Below, piece by piece: positions 12,860 through 28,379 of a stretch of 64,000 bases of DNA (the first letter of the stretch is position 1; each line of letters starts with the position of its first letter). Below the pieces are notes generated by a model that was not told where the DNA came from, did not search any database, and saw nothing but the letters and a program-made list of their open reading frames with translations. The position numbers were made by a program, and so were the translations under genes. The stretch is from Octopus vulgaris. Lineage: Eukaryota. The stretch covers positions 49,662,001-49,726,000 of the forward strand of contig OX597814.1 of the NCBI GenBank assembly GCA_951406725.2. Reading direction: 5' to 3'.

Positions 12860-13179
12860 TTTCTGTTCTTCATATCTTATAACTCTTTGTCTTTTACTAT
12901 CCAAGCATAATCAAGCACATACAGGTACACTCCACACATGAAAAATCCTTGTGGCAAATAACCACTCACAAGCCTCATATGATATCTCATAATTTTCCGA
13001 TCCGAGTATTTAGGCACTGAGAGTGTTCTACTTTTAAGTAGAACTTGATTGGGGAGCTATCTATGACTGCTGTTTGTGTGAAGTACCAAAAAGTAAGTAA
13101 AACTGCAATACGAAGAAAGCATGCATATATTTACTTTGCCATAATTCTCAGACAGACAGAACGGATTTTATATAATAGA
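12860..13179 (-). mobile_element. Possible Helitron 5' end
   Basis: Plus strand ends CAGACAGACAGAACGGATTTTATATAATAGA, i.e. minus-strand TCTATTATATAAAA start like the other Helitrons; left boundary uncertain. Confidence 0.4.
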
Positions 13180-13312
13180 TATATCATACCCGTCGTGGTC
13201 AACTGCTTTTTATTGTAAGTTTTCACAAGAACGCGCCCCTTTCCACACCGGCTAAAGCGAGTAGTTTCAGAAATTTCTCTACACATTCCGCAGAATTATG
13301 GCGAAGTAAATA

Positions 13313-13411
<99 letters not shown>

Positions 13412-13417
13412 ATGTAT

Positions 13418-13620
13418 AGTTAATCCAAACATGAAAAACACAAAGAGAAAACAAAACAACGCGAGGACGTGGAACAAGTATAGTGTTATTGGACCTCAGG
13501 AAAGGAAGGAAAGAAGGAGGATTTAACGTTTCGAGCGGAGCTCTTCATCAGAAACATAGGAAAAGGAAAGATCCAAAGAAGGGAAGACGGAGGAAAAAAT
13601 CGCCAACGGTACATACGCGG

Positions 13621-13624
<4 letters not shown>
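13418..13624 (-). mobile_element. About 205-bp non-autonomous Penelope-type repeat with minimal hammerhead (13521-13555)
   Basis: Reverse complement GUUU-CUGAUGA-A-GAGC-UCC-GCUC-GAAAC-GUU-AAAU, canonical core. Confidence 0.65.
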
Positions 13625-13680
<56 letters not shown>

Positions 13681-13931
13681 CGTTGCTATTATGTTAAACT
13701 GTCGTATGTCCAAATTTGACCAAATGCGTTTTTTCAATATTTTTGCTTGCAATAGCCGGTTCTTTTGGTCAGACTATCGTATCTCCAGCTGCTTCTGATG
13801 CCAACATATCAAAAATTGTCAAAATTGTAGCACAGCGGTTTTGCTATGGAATAATGAAACCTTTTTCGTTTTCTGAAAAGCAACGTTTTGGACTTACGAC
13901 GCTTTTACATAATAGCAATGATATATAATGT

Positions 13932-14007
<76 letters not shown>

Positions 14008-14112
14008 TTATTATATAGAAGGAGCTTCTACAGGACTAGAACTGTTTCATTTTACTCTGCTATGTATTGAGTACCTTATTTACTGTGGTTAACCCCGAAT
14101 CAACCCGGGACC

Positions 14113-14174
<62 letters not shown>

Positions 14175-14698
14175 ATAACTCCACTAGAGTGAACGAAAGC
14201 GCTAATATATGATATATGATTTATAAAAACATGTAACATACTAATAAATATCTGTAAATATAAAACCATCCAGATTTCTGAGTACCTTATTTCTTCTAAT
14301 ACATATATATACATATATACATATATATATATATATAATTACGCACAAAAACAAGCACAGGCATGGCTGTGTGGTTAAGAAGTTTGTTTTGTAACCCAGT
14401 GGTTTCAGGTTCAGTCCCACTGCACAGCCGGATAGACCAGTGCCTTTTGAGTGAATCTGGTAGACGGAAACTGCGTGAAAGTCTGTCATAGTCACTATAT
14501 GCAATGTTATGCAATGTGTATAAATTTATAAACGTTATAAACTTAGTCTCATAACAGTCGATATATGTTCTATAACTTAAAATAGCTGTTCTGAGACTAA
14601 ATTTATAATCATAAATAATATATATAAAAATATAATAAATTATATAAATAAAATACATGCATACACACACACACATATATATGTATATATCTATATTA

Positions 14699-14797
<99 letters not shown>

Positions 14798-14818
14798 ATC
14801 TATATATATATATATATA

Positions 14819-15310
14819 CAGGGTGGGCCATATTGATGGGACAAATTTTAAATGTTAATATCTTGTATTATAAAAATGACATCTGGGAGTTCATTGTGCA
14901 TCTGATATAGAGGAGTTCAACATACAACTGATATAGAGCAGTTTAACATATTATCTACGATTTTACTATTTTTCCAGGTATTTGGTGTTGGTGACCCTCA
15001 TAAGTTCGTAGTCGCCAAAAGAAATCGCATACGTGGTCGAAGCATACTTCACCAGCCAAGGAACCATCGTTACAGCACAAAGAAAATTCCGACAGCAATT
15101 TGGAAAGCGACAGGTACCATTCCGAAATGCGATCCTGCGTGCTTTTACAAACTTCCCTGAGAAGGCAATTTAAGCCATTCCAGTTGATATGCTAAGCTGC
15201 AGTATGCTTGATATGTTCTCTTCGTGGTGGTGACCATCTCCAGGATGCAATATTCAAATCATAGATAATATATTGAACTCCTGTTTATCAGTTATGAAAT
15301 AAATATATTA
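14819..15310 (+). mobile_element. Internally deleted Tc1/mariner-superfamily transposon
   Basis: TA|CAGGGTG terminus; HTH peptide AYVVEAYFTSQGTIVTAQRKFRQQFGKRQVPFRNAILR (DUF4817-like); C-terminal GDHLQDAIFK remnant. Confidence 0.65.
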
Positions 15311-15319
15311 AGTAATCTA

Positions 15320-15700
15320 TTCTTTTATTCTTTTACATGTTTCAGTTAATTGACTGCGGCCATACTGGAGCACCACCTTCATACAAACAAATCGATCCTA
15401 AGATTTATTCTTTGTGAGCCTAGTACTTAGTCTATCGGTCTCTTTTGCCGAACCGTTAAGTTACGGGGAAGTAAACACATCAGCATCGGTTGTCAAAGCG
15501 ATGGTGGGAGACAAACACATACACACAAACTTATATATATATATATGAATATATATATGAATATATGTATATATGTATATATATATATATATATATACGG
15601 CGGGATTCTTTCAGTTCCCGTCTACCAAATCCACTCACAATAATTTGGTCAACCCGAGGCTATAGTGGGACCGAACCCGGAACCCTGTGGTTGGGAAGTG
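15320..15700 (-). mobile_element. SINE family B
   Basis: Reverse orientation of family B tail, internal (TA)n and partial head. Confidence 0.75.
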
Positions 15701-15702
15701 TC

Positions 15703-15789
<87 letters not shown>

Positions 15790-15805
15790 CTATCGGTCTG
15801 TTTGC

Positions 15806-15866
<61 letters not shown>

Positions 15867-15899
15867 AGTGTGTGTGTGTGTGCGTGTGTATCTGTGTGT

Positions 15900-16090
15900 G
15901 TCTGTGTGTGTCTGTGTTTGTCTGCCCACCATCGGTTGACAATCGATGCTGGTGTGCTTACGTCCTCGTAAAATATACCGATAGAATAAGTGCTAGGCTT
16001 ACAAAGAATAAGTCGATTTGCTCGACTAAAGGCGGTGCTCCAGCATAGCCGCAGTCAAATGACTGAAACAAATAAAAGAATAAAAGAATA
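15900..16090 (+). mobile_element. SINE family B 3' half
   Basis: GATAGAATAAGTGCTAGGCTTACAAAGAATAAG...GGCGGTGCTCCAGCAT..CCGCAGTCAAATGACTGAAACA(AATAAAAG)n. Confidence 0.75.
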
Positions 16091-16107
16091 CATACACACA
16101 CACACAT

Positions 16108-16147
<40 letters not shown>

Positions 16148-16529
16148 TCCTTCTTCGCTCCGCCTCTAATTCTCTCTCTCTTACACACATACATATGTCT
16201 TCCCAATTGTCATTCGATGACAATATTGTTGACTAAGGAATTCTGTCGTTATTGCAAATATTCCTGGAACCTGGAATACAACCACAAATAAAACACACAA
16301 CAAACGAAATCCCCCCCATGAAAAAAAAAAAAAACATGTCAAAGTGTGACGAAAAACACAAAAATAAACAACAAAACAATTAAAATTTATGAAAAATGTC
16401 CTATCAAACAGTGATAACACAAAAACAAAGGCAACTAAACTGAAAATATTATCAGGACTAAAAGAAAATTAATGTAAAATGAAGACGGCCATTTATACAA
16501 ATAAGCATACAGATACTAATTATAAGTAC

Positions 16530-17310
<781 letters not shown>

Positions 17311-17812
17311 GCATACGTGCATATATACACATGCAACGTAAGGCTGTTTTATGAAACACTGCAGGCGAAGCGTTAATTATCTTCACAACATGTAAGTATA
17401 TATGAACATTATTAGGAAGTTGGAAGAAAGTCCCCTGAGTGAAAGTCGTATGTCAAGTTATTTACATATGGAACTATTCTGCTTTGTGATTTGTTTAACA
17501 CCTGAAAATTGGAGACTGCAAAACGTATCTGTGCGCATGTGCAGAGGCAATGTGTTCGTATGTGTGTTTGTTTATGTATACATACTTGTATAATAAATGT
17601 GTGTGAGTGTTAGAGTGAGTGCGTGTCTGTGTGTGTGTGTGTGTGTGAGCGCGCATGCGCAAGTAAATGTGTGTGTGTTTGAATATGTGTGTGTCTGTGT
17701 GCGTGCGCGTGCATTTGTATGTCTGTATACTTATTTGTAAGTTTGTGAATACATTTATGAGTTATGGAATGTACACGAGAAACTGACAGAGGGTGAGACA
17801 AGAAGAGAGAAG

Positions 17813-17874
<62 letters not shown>

Positions 17875-17992
17875 GGGAGAAAGTTATATACGTTGATATC
17901 ACACACACACGCACACACACACTCCTTAATATATCCACTTTCTGTCTATCTATCTATCTGTGTTTTTTTGTGTGATTTTGTCATAGTTGTGC

Positions 17993-18030
<38 letters not shown>

Positions 18031-18039
18031 GCACGCACG

Positions 18040-18107
<68 letters not shown>

Positions 18108-18458
18108 CATCAGACCTTCGAATGACGCCACCTCGGGGGCGCAACAAATCCCCTGAATGCCAGTCCGTCGAAAGGTTACTATTTTACAGTTGAGCTAACT
18201 GGAAAAATGTGAAATGAAGAGTTTTGCTCAAGAATACAATGATTTACCGGGTCTCGGAACTGAAGTCACGATCGTGGGATAGTGAGTGCGACGCCTTAGT
18301 TACTACACCCCGTACAGAGCTGGAAGTGCTGTAGTCCAAATGAAAGCTAATTATACTTATGTAGATTGTATATGTTTATTAGTACGAAAAGATAATACAA
18401 GAAGCTTTTCCCTATCAGTTTGAGACATGCATACAATTTCTGTGTGAGTGAGTGTGTG

Positions 18459-18499
<41 letters not shown>

Positions 18500-18609
18500 T
18501 TGTGTATGTGTGTACGTCTGTTTATACTGCTAGCACCGAGGAAATAATATAAATATAAAAAAATATATATGTGTGTATATATATACATGCATACAATTTC
18601 TATGTGTGA

Positions 18610-18661
<52 letters not shown>

Positions 18662-18782
18662 TTGCCTGATGAATATTCATAAGTCAGGAAAATAGCTCAC
18701 TCAATTTAAAATAGAATGGTTATAGCATTATACATGCATGCATACATACATACATACATACATACATACATACATGCATACA

Positions 18783-18816
<34 letters not shown>

Positions 18817-19169
18817 GGCGCAGGCGTGGCTGTGTAGTAAAAAGCTTGCTTTTCAACCACATCGTTCCAGGTTCAATCCTACTGCGTGGCCCCTTGCACA
18901 AGTGTCTCCTCCCATACCCTTGGTGTCTTCTACTGAAGCCTTGTGAGTGGATTTGGTAGACGGAAATTGAAAAAAGCGCGTCGTTTATATGTGTGTGTGT
19001 GTGTGTCGTCGTGCGTGTGTGTATGTGTGTACGTCTGTTGGTGTGTATGTACGTCTCCGTTACCTAGCGGTTCGGCAAAAGGGAGCTTGATAAATACCAG
19101 GCTTAAAATAAAAACAGGTCCTGGAGTTCATCTATTCGACTAAAACATTTTCAAGGTGGTGCTCCAGCA

Positions 19170-19170
<1 letters not shown>
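18817..19170 (+). mobile_element. SINE family B
   Basis: GGCGCAGGCGTGGCTGTGT head, CCTTGTGAGTGGATTTGGTAGACGGAAA, internal (TG)n, GGTGGTGCTCCAGCAT. Confidence 0.8.
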
Positions 19171-19217
<47 letters not shown>

Positions 19218-19262
19218 TAAAATATAATATATATGTGTGTGTGTGTACGTGCGCGCGCGCGC

Positions 19263-20487
<1,225 letters not shown>

Positions 20488-21109
20488 GTATAAAGTTAAT
20501 CCAAACAAGAAAACCCAAAAAACCCAAAAAACACAACAAAGATATATATATGTATATATCTTTTCTTTTACGTGTTTCATACACACACACACACACATAC
20601 ACGCAGACATACGTATAGATCAGTGCACAATCGGGTTACACTCATTCTCACTCATTTATACATATATCATACTCAAAAACAAACACGCATCCATTAAATG
20701 TACGTGCTTGCCAACACGTATATATACATACGCATAAACAAACATGCACGTAAATGTATAAATACATGTATACACGTATATATAATCATGCCATAAGCAT
20801 TCGTGCACGTACACATAACTATGCATAAACACACACACATAGACATATACAAACAAGCATGCATGCATACATGCAAAGCACACACTCGCACAATGCGCGC
20901 GCACACACAGAATCCTATAAAGAATATATAAGTGCACATAAGAAACCCCCTCACTCAAACACATATGTTTTACAAAAAGTACCTCTATAAACGCATAACA
21001 TATTTAACCTTTCGTGTGCACACATACATACGCGCGCATACGCACGCAGACATACACACACACAGATAAATATTTATATATCAATATGCATAACTATATT
21101 ATTTTCTAC

Positions 21110-22353
21110 GCACAAGGCCCGAAATTTTTGGGGAGGGGGCCAGTCGATTAGATCGACCCCAGTACGCAACTGGTACTTAATTTATCGACCCCGAAAGGAT
21201 GAAAGGCAAAGTCAACCTCAACGGAATTTAAATTCAGAACGTATAGACAGACGAAATACCTATTTCTTTACTACCCACAAGGGGACAAACAAGGACAGAC
21301 AAACGGATTACGTCGATTACATCGACCCCAGTGCGTAACTGGTACTTATTTAATTGACCCCGAAAGGATGAAAGGCAAAGTCGACCTCGGCGGAATTTGA
21401 ACTCAGAACGTAATGGCAGACGAAATACCGCTAAGCATTTCGCCCGGCGTGCTAACGTTTCTGCCAGCTCACTGCTTTATATACATAAATATATTTATTT
21501 CTTCGTTGCCCACAGGGGGCTAAGTATAGAGGGGACAAACAAGGGACAAACAAAGGGATTAAGTCGATTAGAGAGACCTCAGTGCGTAACTGGTACTTAT
21601 TTAATCGACCCTCGAAAGGACGAAAGGCAAAGTAGACCTCGGCAGAATTTGAACTCAGAACGTAGCGGCAGACGAAATACCTATTTCTTTACTACCCACA
21701 AGGGGCTAAACACAGAGGGGGCAAACAAGAGCAGACAAACAGATTACGTCGATTACATCGACCCCAGTGCGTAACTGGTACTTAATTTATCGACCCCGAA
21801 AGGATGAAAGGCAAAGTCGATCTCGGCGGAATTTGAACTCATAACGTAACGGCAGACGAAATACCGCTAAGCGTTTCGTCCAACGTGCTAACGTATCTGC
21901 CAGCTCGCTGCTTTGTATACATAAATATATTTATTTCTTCATTGCCCACAGGGTGCTAAATATAGAGGGCTAAATATAAAGAAGGGACAAACAAAGGGAT
22001 TAAGTCGATTAGAGCGACCTCAGTGCGTAACTGGGACTTATTTAATCGACCCCGAAAGGATGAAAGGCAAAGTCAACCTCGGTGGAATTTGAACTCAGCA
22101 CGTAGCGGCAGACGAAATACCTATTTCTTTACTACCCACAAGGGGCTAAACAGAGAATGGACAAACAAGGACAGACAAAGGGATTAAGTCGATTACATCG
22201 ACCCCAGTGCGTAACTGGTACTTAATTTATCGACCCCGAAAGGATGAAAGGCAAAGTCAACCTCGGCGGAATTTGAACTCAGAACGTAAAGACAGACGAA
22301 ATACCGCTAAGCATTTCGCCCGGCGTGCTAACGTTTCTGCTAACTCGCCGCCT
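21110..22353 (-). mobile_element. Tandem array of six SINE family A monomers (three dimers)
   Basis: GAAAGGA(T/C)GAAAGGCAAAGT core occurs six times; a spacer TT(A/G)TATACATAAATATAT recurs at a 436-bp period. Confidence 0.9.
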
Positions 22354-22389
22354 GATATACATACATATATTATAATACACGCATATATA

Positions 22390-22794
22390 CGAGGGTAACC
22401 CCACAAGTAAGGTCTCCAAAGCGCTGGGGACGTAGGGAAATTGTGCGTGCGACTATTGGCAACACTGTTGTGTTTGTTGTGCACGCGCCTGCGTCTGCTC
22501 GTGCGCGCACGTCGCTGCCATGCTCAGTCTTGGCTTGGCAGTCGTATCTGATAGAGCTCCCGATTGACGCTACCGCCTAGTGTGAAGTTCGTGCTGTTAT
22601 TCGGTTTTTGAACACAAAAGGCATTAAAAGGCGCAGGAGTGGCTGTGTGGTAAGTAGCTTGCTAACCAACCACATGGTTCTGGGTTCAGTCCCACTGCGT
22701 GGCATCTTGGGCAAATGTCTTCTGCTATAGCCCCGGGCCGACCAATGCCTTGTGAGTGGATTTGGTAGATGGAAACTGAAAGAAGCCCGTCGTA

Positions 22795-22863
<69 letters not shown>

Positions 22864-23801
22864 TTGTCCCCCTAGCATTGCTTGACGACCAATGCTGGTG
22901 TGTTTATGTCCCCGTCACTTAGCGGTTCGGCAAAATAGACCGATAGAATAAGTACTGGGCTTACAAAGAATATGTCCCGGGGTCGATTTGCTCGACTAAA
23001 GGCGGTGCTCCAGCATGGCCGCAGTCAAAAGAGTAAACTGATTGAAATTCATCGCCACTTAACGGACGTGTATGGCGAGTCGTGCATGGATGTCAAAAAC
23101 GACCGCAAGTGGTGTAGGGAGATTGCAGCTAGTCGTACTGAAATTCATGACGAAGAAAGAAGCGGGTGACCATCAATTTCCGACGAGACATTCGCGAAGG
23201 TTGAGCAAATCCTGCGTGAAAATCGGCGGATCACTCTGGATGATCTCCGCATTTTGGTTCCTGAGGTTTTAAGGGAAAAGTTGCAATATCGGAAGGTGTG
23301 TGCAAGATGGGTCCCACGAATGTTCACAGCAGACCATAAACGGCAACTCACCTTACAGTCCGGACTTGGCACCCAGTGACTACCACCTGTTCCCTAAGTT
23401 GAAAGAACATTTGGCCGGAACGCGCTTCAGCAACGACGATGAGGTGAAAGATGAAGTTCAACGCTTCCTCGACGACATGTCGATGAGTTGGTATGACATG
23501 AGCATACAAAAACTGCCCCAGTGCCTACAAAAATGCATTGACCGAAATGGCGATTATGTAGAAAAATAGATAAATGTTCAAACTTTTAAATGATGTAAAC
23601 ATCAGAAAATTACTATTTTTAAATCTCACAACGAGAACTATTCAGCAACAGTACTTTGGAGTAAAGCGTTTTGCCAACATAACATGGCAGTCTGGTTTAG
23701 GACGAATGTTGCTGTTATTTTGCTCAAGGAGATAACATTGACAATAAACGTCTCTGTAATTTCTAAATATTTTGAAGACCTTACTTTTGGGATTACACCA
23801 G
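22390..23801 (+). mobile_element. Mariner transposon, internally deleted and interrupted by a SINE
   Basis: TA-flanked TIRs CGAGGGTAACCCCACAAGTAAGGTCT and AGACCTTACTTTTGGGATTACACCAG; peptides EVRAVIRFL..KGI, IEIHR.L..VYG, ARWVPRM, PYSPDLAPSDYHLF, NGDYVEK; stops and loss of the catalytic middle. Confidence 0.9.
22630..23035 (+). mobile_element. SINE family B nested in mariner
   Basis: Near full-length copy splitting the transposase between KGIK and LIEIHR. Confidence 0.9.
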
Positions 23802-23837
23802 TATTACGTATTTTAACCAAAAATGCGAACAAAAACA

Positions 23838-24305
23838 GGCGCAGGTGTCGCTGTGTGGTAAGAAGCTTGCTTCCCAACCACGTGGTTCTGGATTCAGTCT
23901 CACTGCACGGCACCCTGGGCAAATGTCTTTTACTATAGCTTCGGGCCTTGCGAGTGGATTTGGTAGACAGAAACCGAGAGAAGCCTGTCGTATATATATA
24001 CGTATACATACACACATATATGTGTGTACGTACATCTATGTATGTATCTATGCATGTAGTTATATATGTATGTGTATATATATGTGTGTGTGTGTATGTT
24101 TGTGTAAAGTGTGTGTGGTGGAAAGACAAACACAGACTCAAAGACTCACACACATATATACATGTATGTACACATATATAAACATACATATATATATACA
24201 TATATATATACATATATATACATATATATATATGTATATATATGTATGTATATACATACATATATATGTATGTATATACATACATATATATATGTATATA
24301 TATAT

Positions 24306-24336
<31 letters not shown>

Positions 24337-24520
24337 CATCTACATACATACATATATATGTATGTGTGTATATATGTATGAGTATGTGTCTTTGTGTCTG
24401 TGTTTGTCTTCCCACCACACACACATTACACAAACATACACACATACACACACACGCACTCATACGCATACATATACACATACATATATAACTACATGCA
24501 TAGATACATACATACATGTA
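23838..24520 (+). mobile_element. SINE family B head plus inverted-duplicated microsatellite region
   Basis: Head at 23838-23990; about 24040-24160 is the reverse complement of about 24380-24515. Confidence 0.7.
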
Positions 24521-24549
24521 TATATAATAGCATATACTTACCCCACACG

Positions 24550-24648
<99 letters not shown>

Positions 24649-27600
24649 TTATTCATGAGTTAAGGAATGGAGTAGATCAAAGGTTCTCAAACCACTTTGC
24701 CCAAAAGTCCCTTTTTGACCCTTGAAGCCACAAATGGTCTCTCTAGAAAATATTTTTATTTTTCAATACGCTACTTATTTTGATATCAGCAGATAATGGC
24801 TAAAAAATAAAGAACGTCATTTTACAAATGCGCTGTACGCAGTCGGGAGTAGAGATGTACAAACTGAAATGTAATAAAAACGAAATAATGAATTACAAGT
24901 TTGGTAATTACGTTTATTTTCACCACGCGATGCTTATGAGAACAACGTGTTGTCTATCGAAAGAGTGCTCTAAATGCCAATGAAATAATTTCAAATCTTT
25001 CCGATTTTCCTTATCAAAACAGCTAGAACTTGTGCAACAATCTGACATATAAATTATTGTCACCCGCGAAGAGGATTTTTTATGCTCAAGAGAGAGGAGA
25101 GTATATTTGATAGAAATTGTTGAAATATATATCTACTTCATATGAGTAGCAAATTTTGGAGGATGGTATTCACTGTAATTGGATCTAGTTAGGTGGGTCA
25201 TAAAATCAGCCCCCTTTTAAAATGACATGAAAAAAAATCCTAAAATTTGTCATATTAAACATTCATTTCTTATTCAGGATCTAGTTTGTTTCATTCATAA
25301 AATCTGCATTTTTTAAACGGAAGTAAAAAAATCTGAAACGTGGTTATCTTGATGCAGTTTTCCATACTTATTCCTATGAAGCCCTGAACCTCTGGAGAAA
25401 AAATTTGACACACACAAATTTTTTTTTATTTCGTGGTTTTAAAATACGGACAGTCGGAATCTACCATTCGCTTCTCTATATAATTTCCAAATAATTTTTT
25501 AAATACTTCAAAATCAAAATTGCGTAAATATGTGTGTCAGACACATAAGTTAAAAATTAAGGAAATAGATTTTTGGGAGATCTCTTATTATGACTGATAT
25601 TTATTCTGTTATTCTAATATCTTCTGAAACTTATACATATACATGTATAAATGCATACAGAAGCATACAAATATATACACACGCACATACATTTTTACAG
25701 AGTTAGTTTTATATACATCTTTGTAAATATATAAATATTTCGGCGTATCTACACAATTGTGCCTTAAAGATTTGCTTCTTGTTAACTTTGAGAAAATTAA
25801 GTATTTCTTTTCTACATATATGCTTCAGATCGTGTAGATTCTGCTTCAATTGGAATTGTGTGTGTGTGTACGCGTGTACGTGTGTGTGTGTGTGTGTGTG
25901 TTTGCTAGTGTCTGTTTTTCCTTTAGCCAATGAGCCAATGAGGTACTCTCTGTGTGGTTGTTCAATTTGCTAGAAATAACAGCCAAATAATTTGCTTGAC
26001 TTTATTCATCATCAATGACTAGGTTTATTGATTTCAAGAGAATGCTTGTTTAATCTATATACATACAAGGTAGGGACCGGGATTAATCTACTTACATACA
26101 AGGTAGAGACCAGGTAGAGTCAATGAAACACTCCTTATAGTGACATCGCTGCGTGTTGTGGCAAACTGCACCCAATCATGGTACATACAACCAGATAATC
26201 TGAACTGTCGATAATTAAGTTTCCTATCGTAGCCACAGCAGAGCTTCAAGGAATTATATTAACTGCATAAACTGTGATTCCTTCATAATTATCAAATAAA
26301 CTTTATGAAAATGTAAAGAAATTACTATGAATGTACTATGCAGAAAGTAACTCAATATAAATTAATGGTAGATAATAAGACAAATGAATCACATTTATAA
26401 TATATCAGGTCAATAGTATCTACTTCATCATGTTTTAGAGAAATCAATAATAGTAATATAACACTCAAAACAAATTCAGTAAATTGTTATTGCATATAGT
26501 GAAGATTGGGTTGTTTTTGTTTAGCCCTAGGTCAAGTCTGAGTAGATCTATGATCAAAACTTTCCGACCATAATCAACTAGTTCTTGCAGGCATTGCTTA
26601 TCTAAGACAACATTAATACATTTCTCTGTATTCAAATATAATCCAAAGAAGATTTGGCTAGTGTTTCTAGTAAGTCGAGCGACCATATAGAAGTTCCAGG
26701 ATGGTGGAACGCTCTCGGTGAAAACGAATGCGGGTTCGTTTTCCATTGGATCACTGTTGCAATTTCCAACGGCAGTTAATAGCTCCAAGGAACATGAGTG
26801 TCCATGAAGTTGACTTGCTTTTAAGCTACTATGTAAAAGCAAAATTTCAGTAGTCATCGAATAAACGTTTAGACTTCATATATTTCGCGATGAAGATCAA
26901 TCATTTACACAATGCATAATCAAATAAATGCAATACAGGCCAATTACATGAAATGAATTGATCAAGGTTTCACACAAGTCACTTTAATTCAAGATAACAA
27001 TTTACCTGAAGCATCCTAGCTCAACTCCGTCGAAGATCCAAACTTCTCAATGTCATAAACAATACATGAAATAATTGGATAATTACTCATACACCAAAAG
27101 ATCCCTCCCCACCAAAAAAGCAAGATCTTCTTTAGTCTTGAGCCGACCATAATTTTTGGCAATTCTTTAATCAGTCTTCGGGAAAATACAAAAATAAAAT
27201 TAAAAAAAATTAATATGAAACAATCCATTCGTTATGGAAATAATTCAAATGAATTAAAAGAAAGAAAACGTACATATGTATATTCATACGTGCACTTTAA
27301 ATGTAAAACACCAACCATACTACACTAAACGCCTAGAATAACGTAGCAAAATGTTCACCATAGCATTTTACTTTGAAGCTATCCTCCCCATCACCATGCA
27401 AGCCAGGAGCAAATAATCCTTCCATACAAAAGTCAGAAACTAATCAACTTCTGAAAAACGCAGGCTATGCAAAACTACTGAAATCCGTGGGAGCTCGTGC
27501 AGATTTTTATGGTCCCAAATACCTGTATTATCTATGTACTACGAAATATTGGAGCTGCATTTGTTCTACAAGAATCCAAGTTCAACCAAGTAGGTTGATA

Positions 27601-27775
27601 TGCTGCTCCAATAGTAATTCATATTAAGTCAAAAGTGTATTTTGGGGATTGGAGTTGTAAACACTTCATCAGCGGTTCATTGAAGTTTCTTTCTTCTGTA
27701 TTATTCTTACCGCATTTATGTCAGGTGAGTTGCTGACTTCCACTAAGTAACCTATTGATATTTTGTAGTCTCAGA

Positions 27776-28007
27776 GGCGGCGAGCTGGCAGAAACGTTAA
27801 CACGCCGGGCGAAATGCTTGGCGGTATTTCGTCTGCCGCTACGTTCGGAGTTGAAATTCCGCCGAGGTCGACTTTTCCTTTCATCCTTCCGGGGTCGATT
27901 AAATAAGTACCAGTTACGCACTGGGGTCGATATAATCGACTTAATCCGTTTGTCTGTCCTTGTTCGTCCCCTCTGTGTTTAGCCCCTTGTGGGTAGTAAA
28001 GAAATAA
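27776..28007 (+). mobile_element. SINE family A, young full-length monomer
   Basis: GGCGGCGAGCTGGCAGAAACGTTA...CCTTTCATCCTTCCGGGGTCGATTAAATAAGTACCAG...CCCCTTGTGGGTAGTAAAGAAATA. Confidence 0.9.
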
Positions 28008-28379
28008 GATAATTTGTAGTTTCAAACAGTAGTGTCAGATTGGTTGTGTTTAAATTTCGATTCTGTTTTATTTTTTTTTACATTCCTCCAATATTCATTT
28101 GATTCAACATTATTTTTTCTTTCTTACTGTAATCCAGATTGCTCTGATTACCAAAACATGCTTTATGGGAAGGTAGTAATTTGTGGGCATTCTCTTGCTG
28201 TTTGCAACATGGCGTCTTCAGTGTTTGTTTTGTTGTCATCAACAATAGGGTATTTTTGTATGTATGTATGTATGTATGTATGTATGTATGTATGTATGTA
28301 TGTATGTATGTATGTATGTTTTATGTATATATTCTCATCCATATAGTTGCATATCTTGACATGCTCATATATATTTAAA

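Noticed and set aside
18665-18700. CTGATGA hammerhead-like core
   Set aside because: No stem II/GAAAC/stem I arrangement; same for CTGATGA at about 36403 and 37637.
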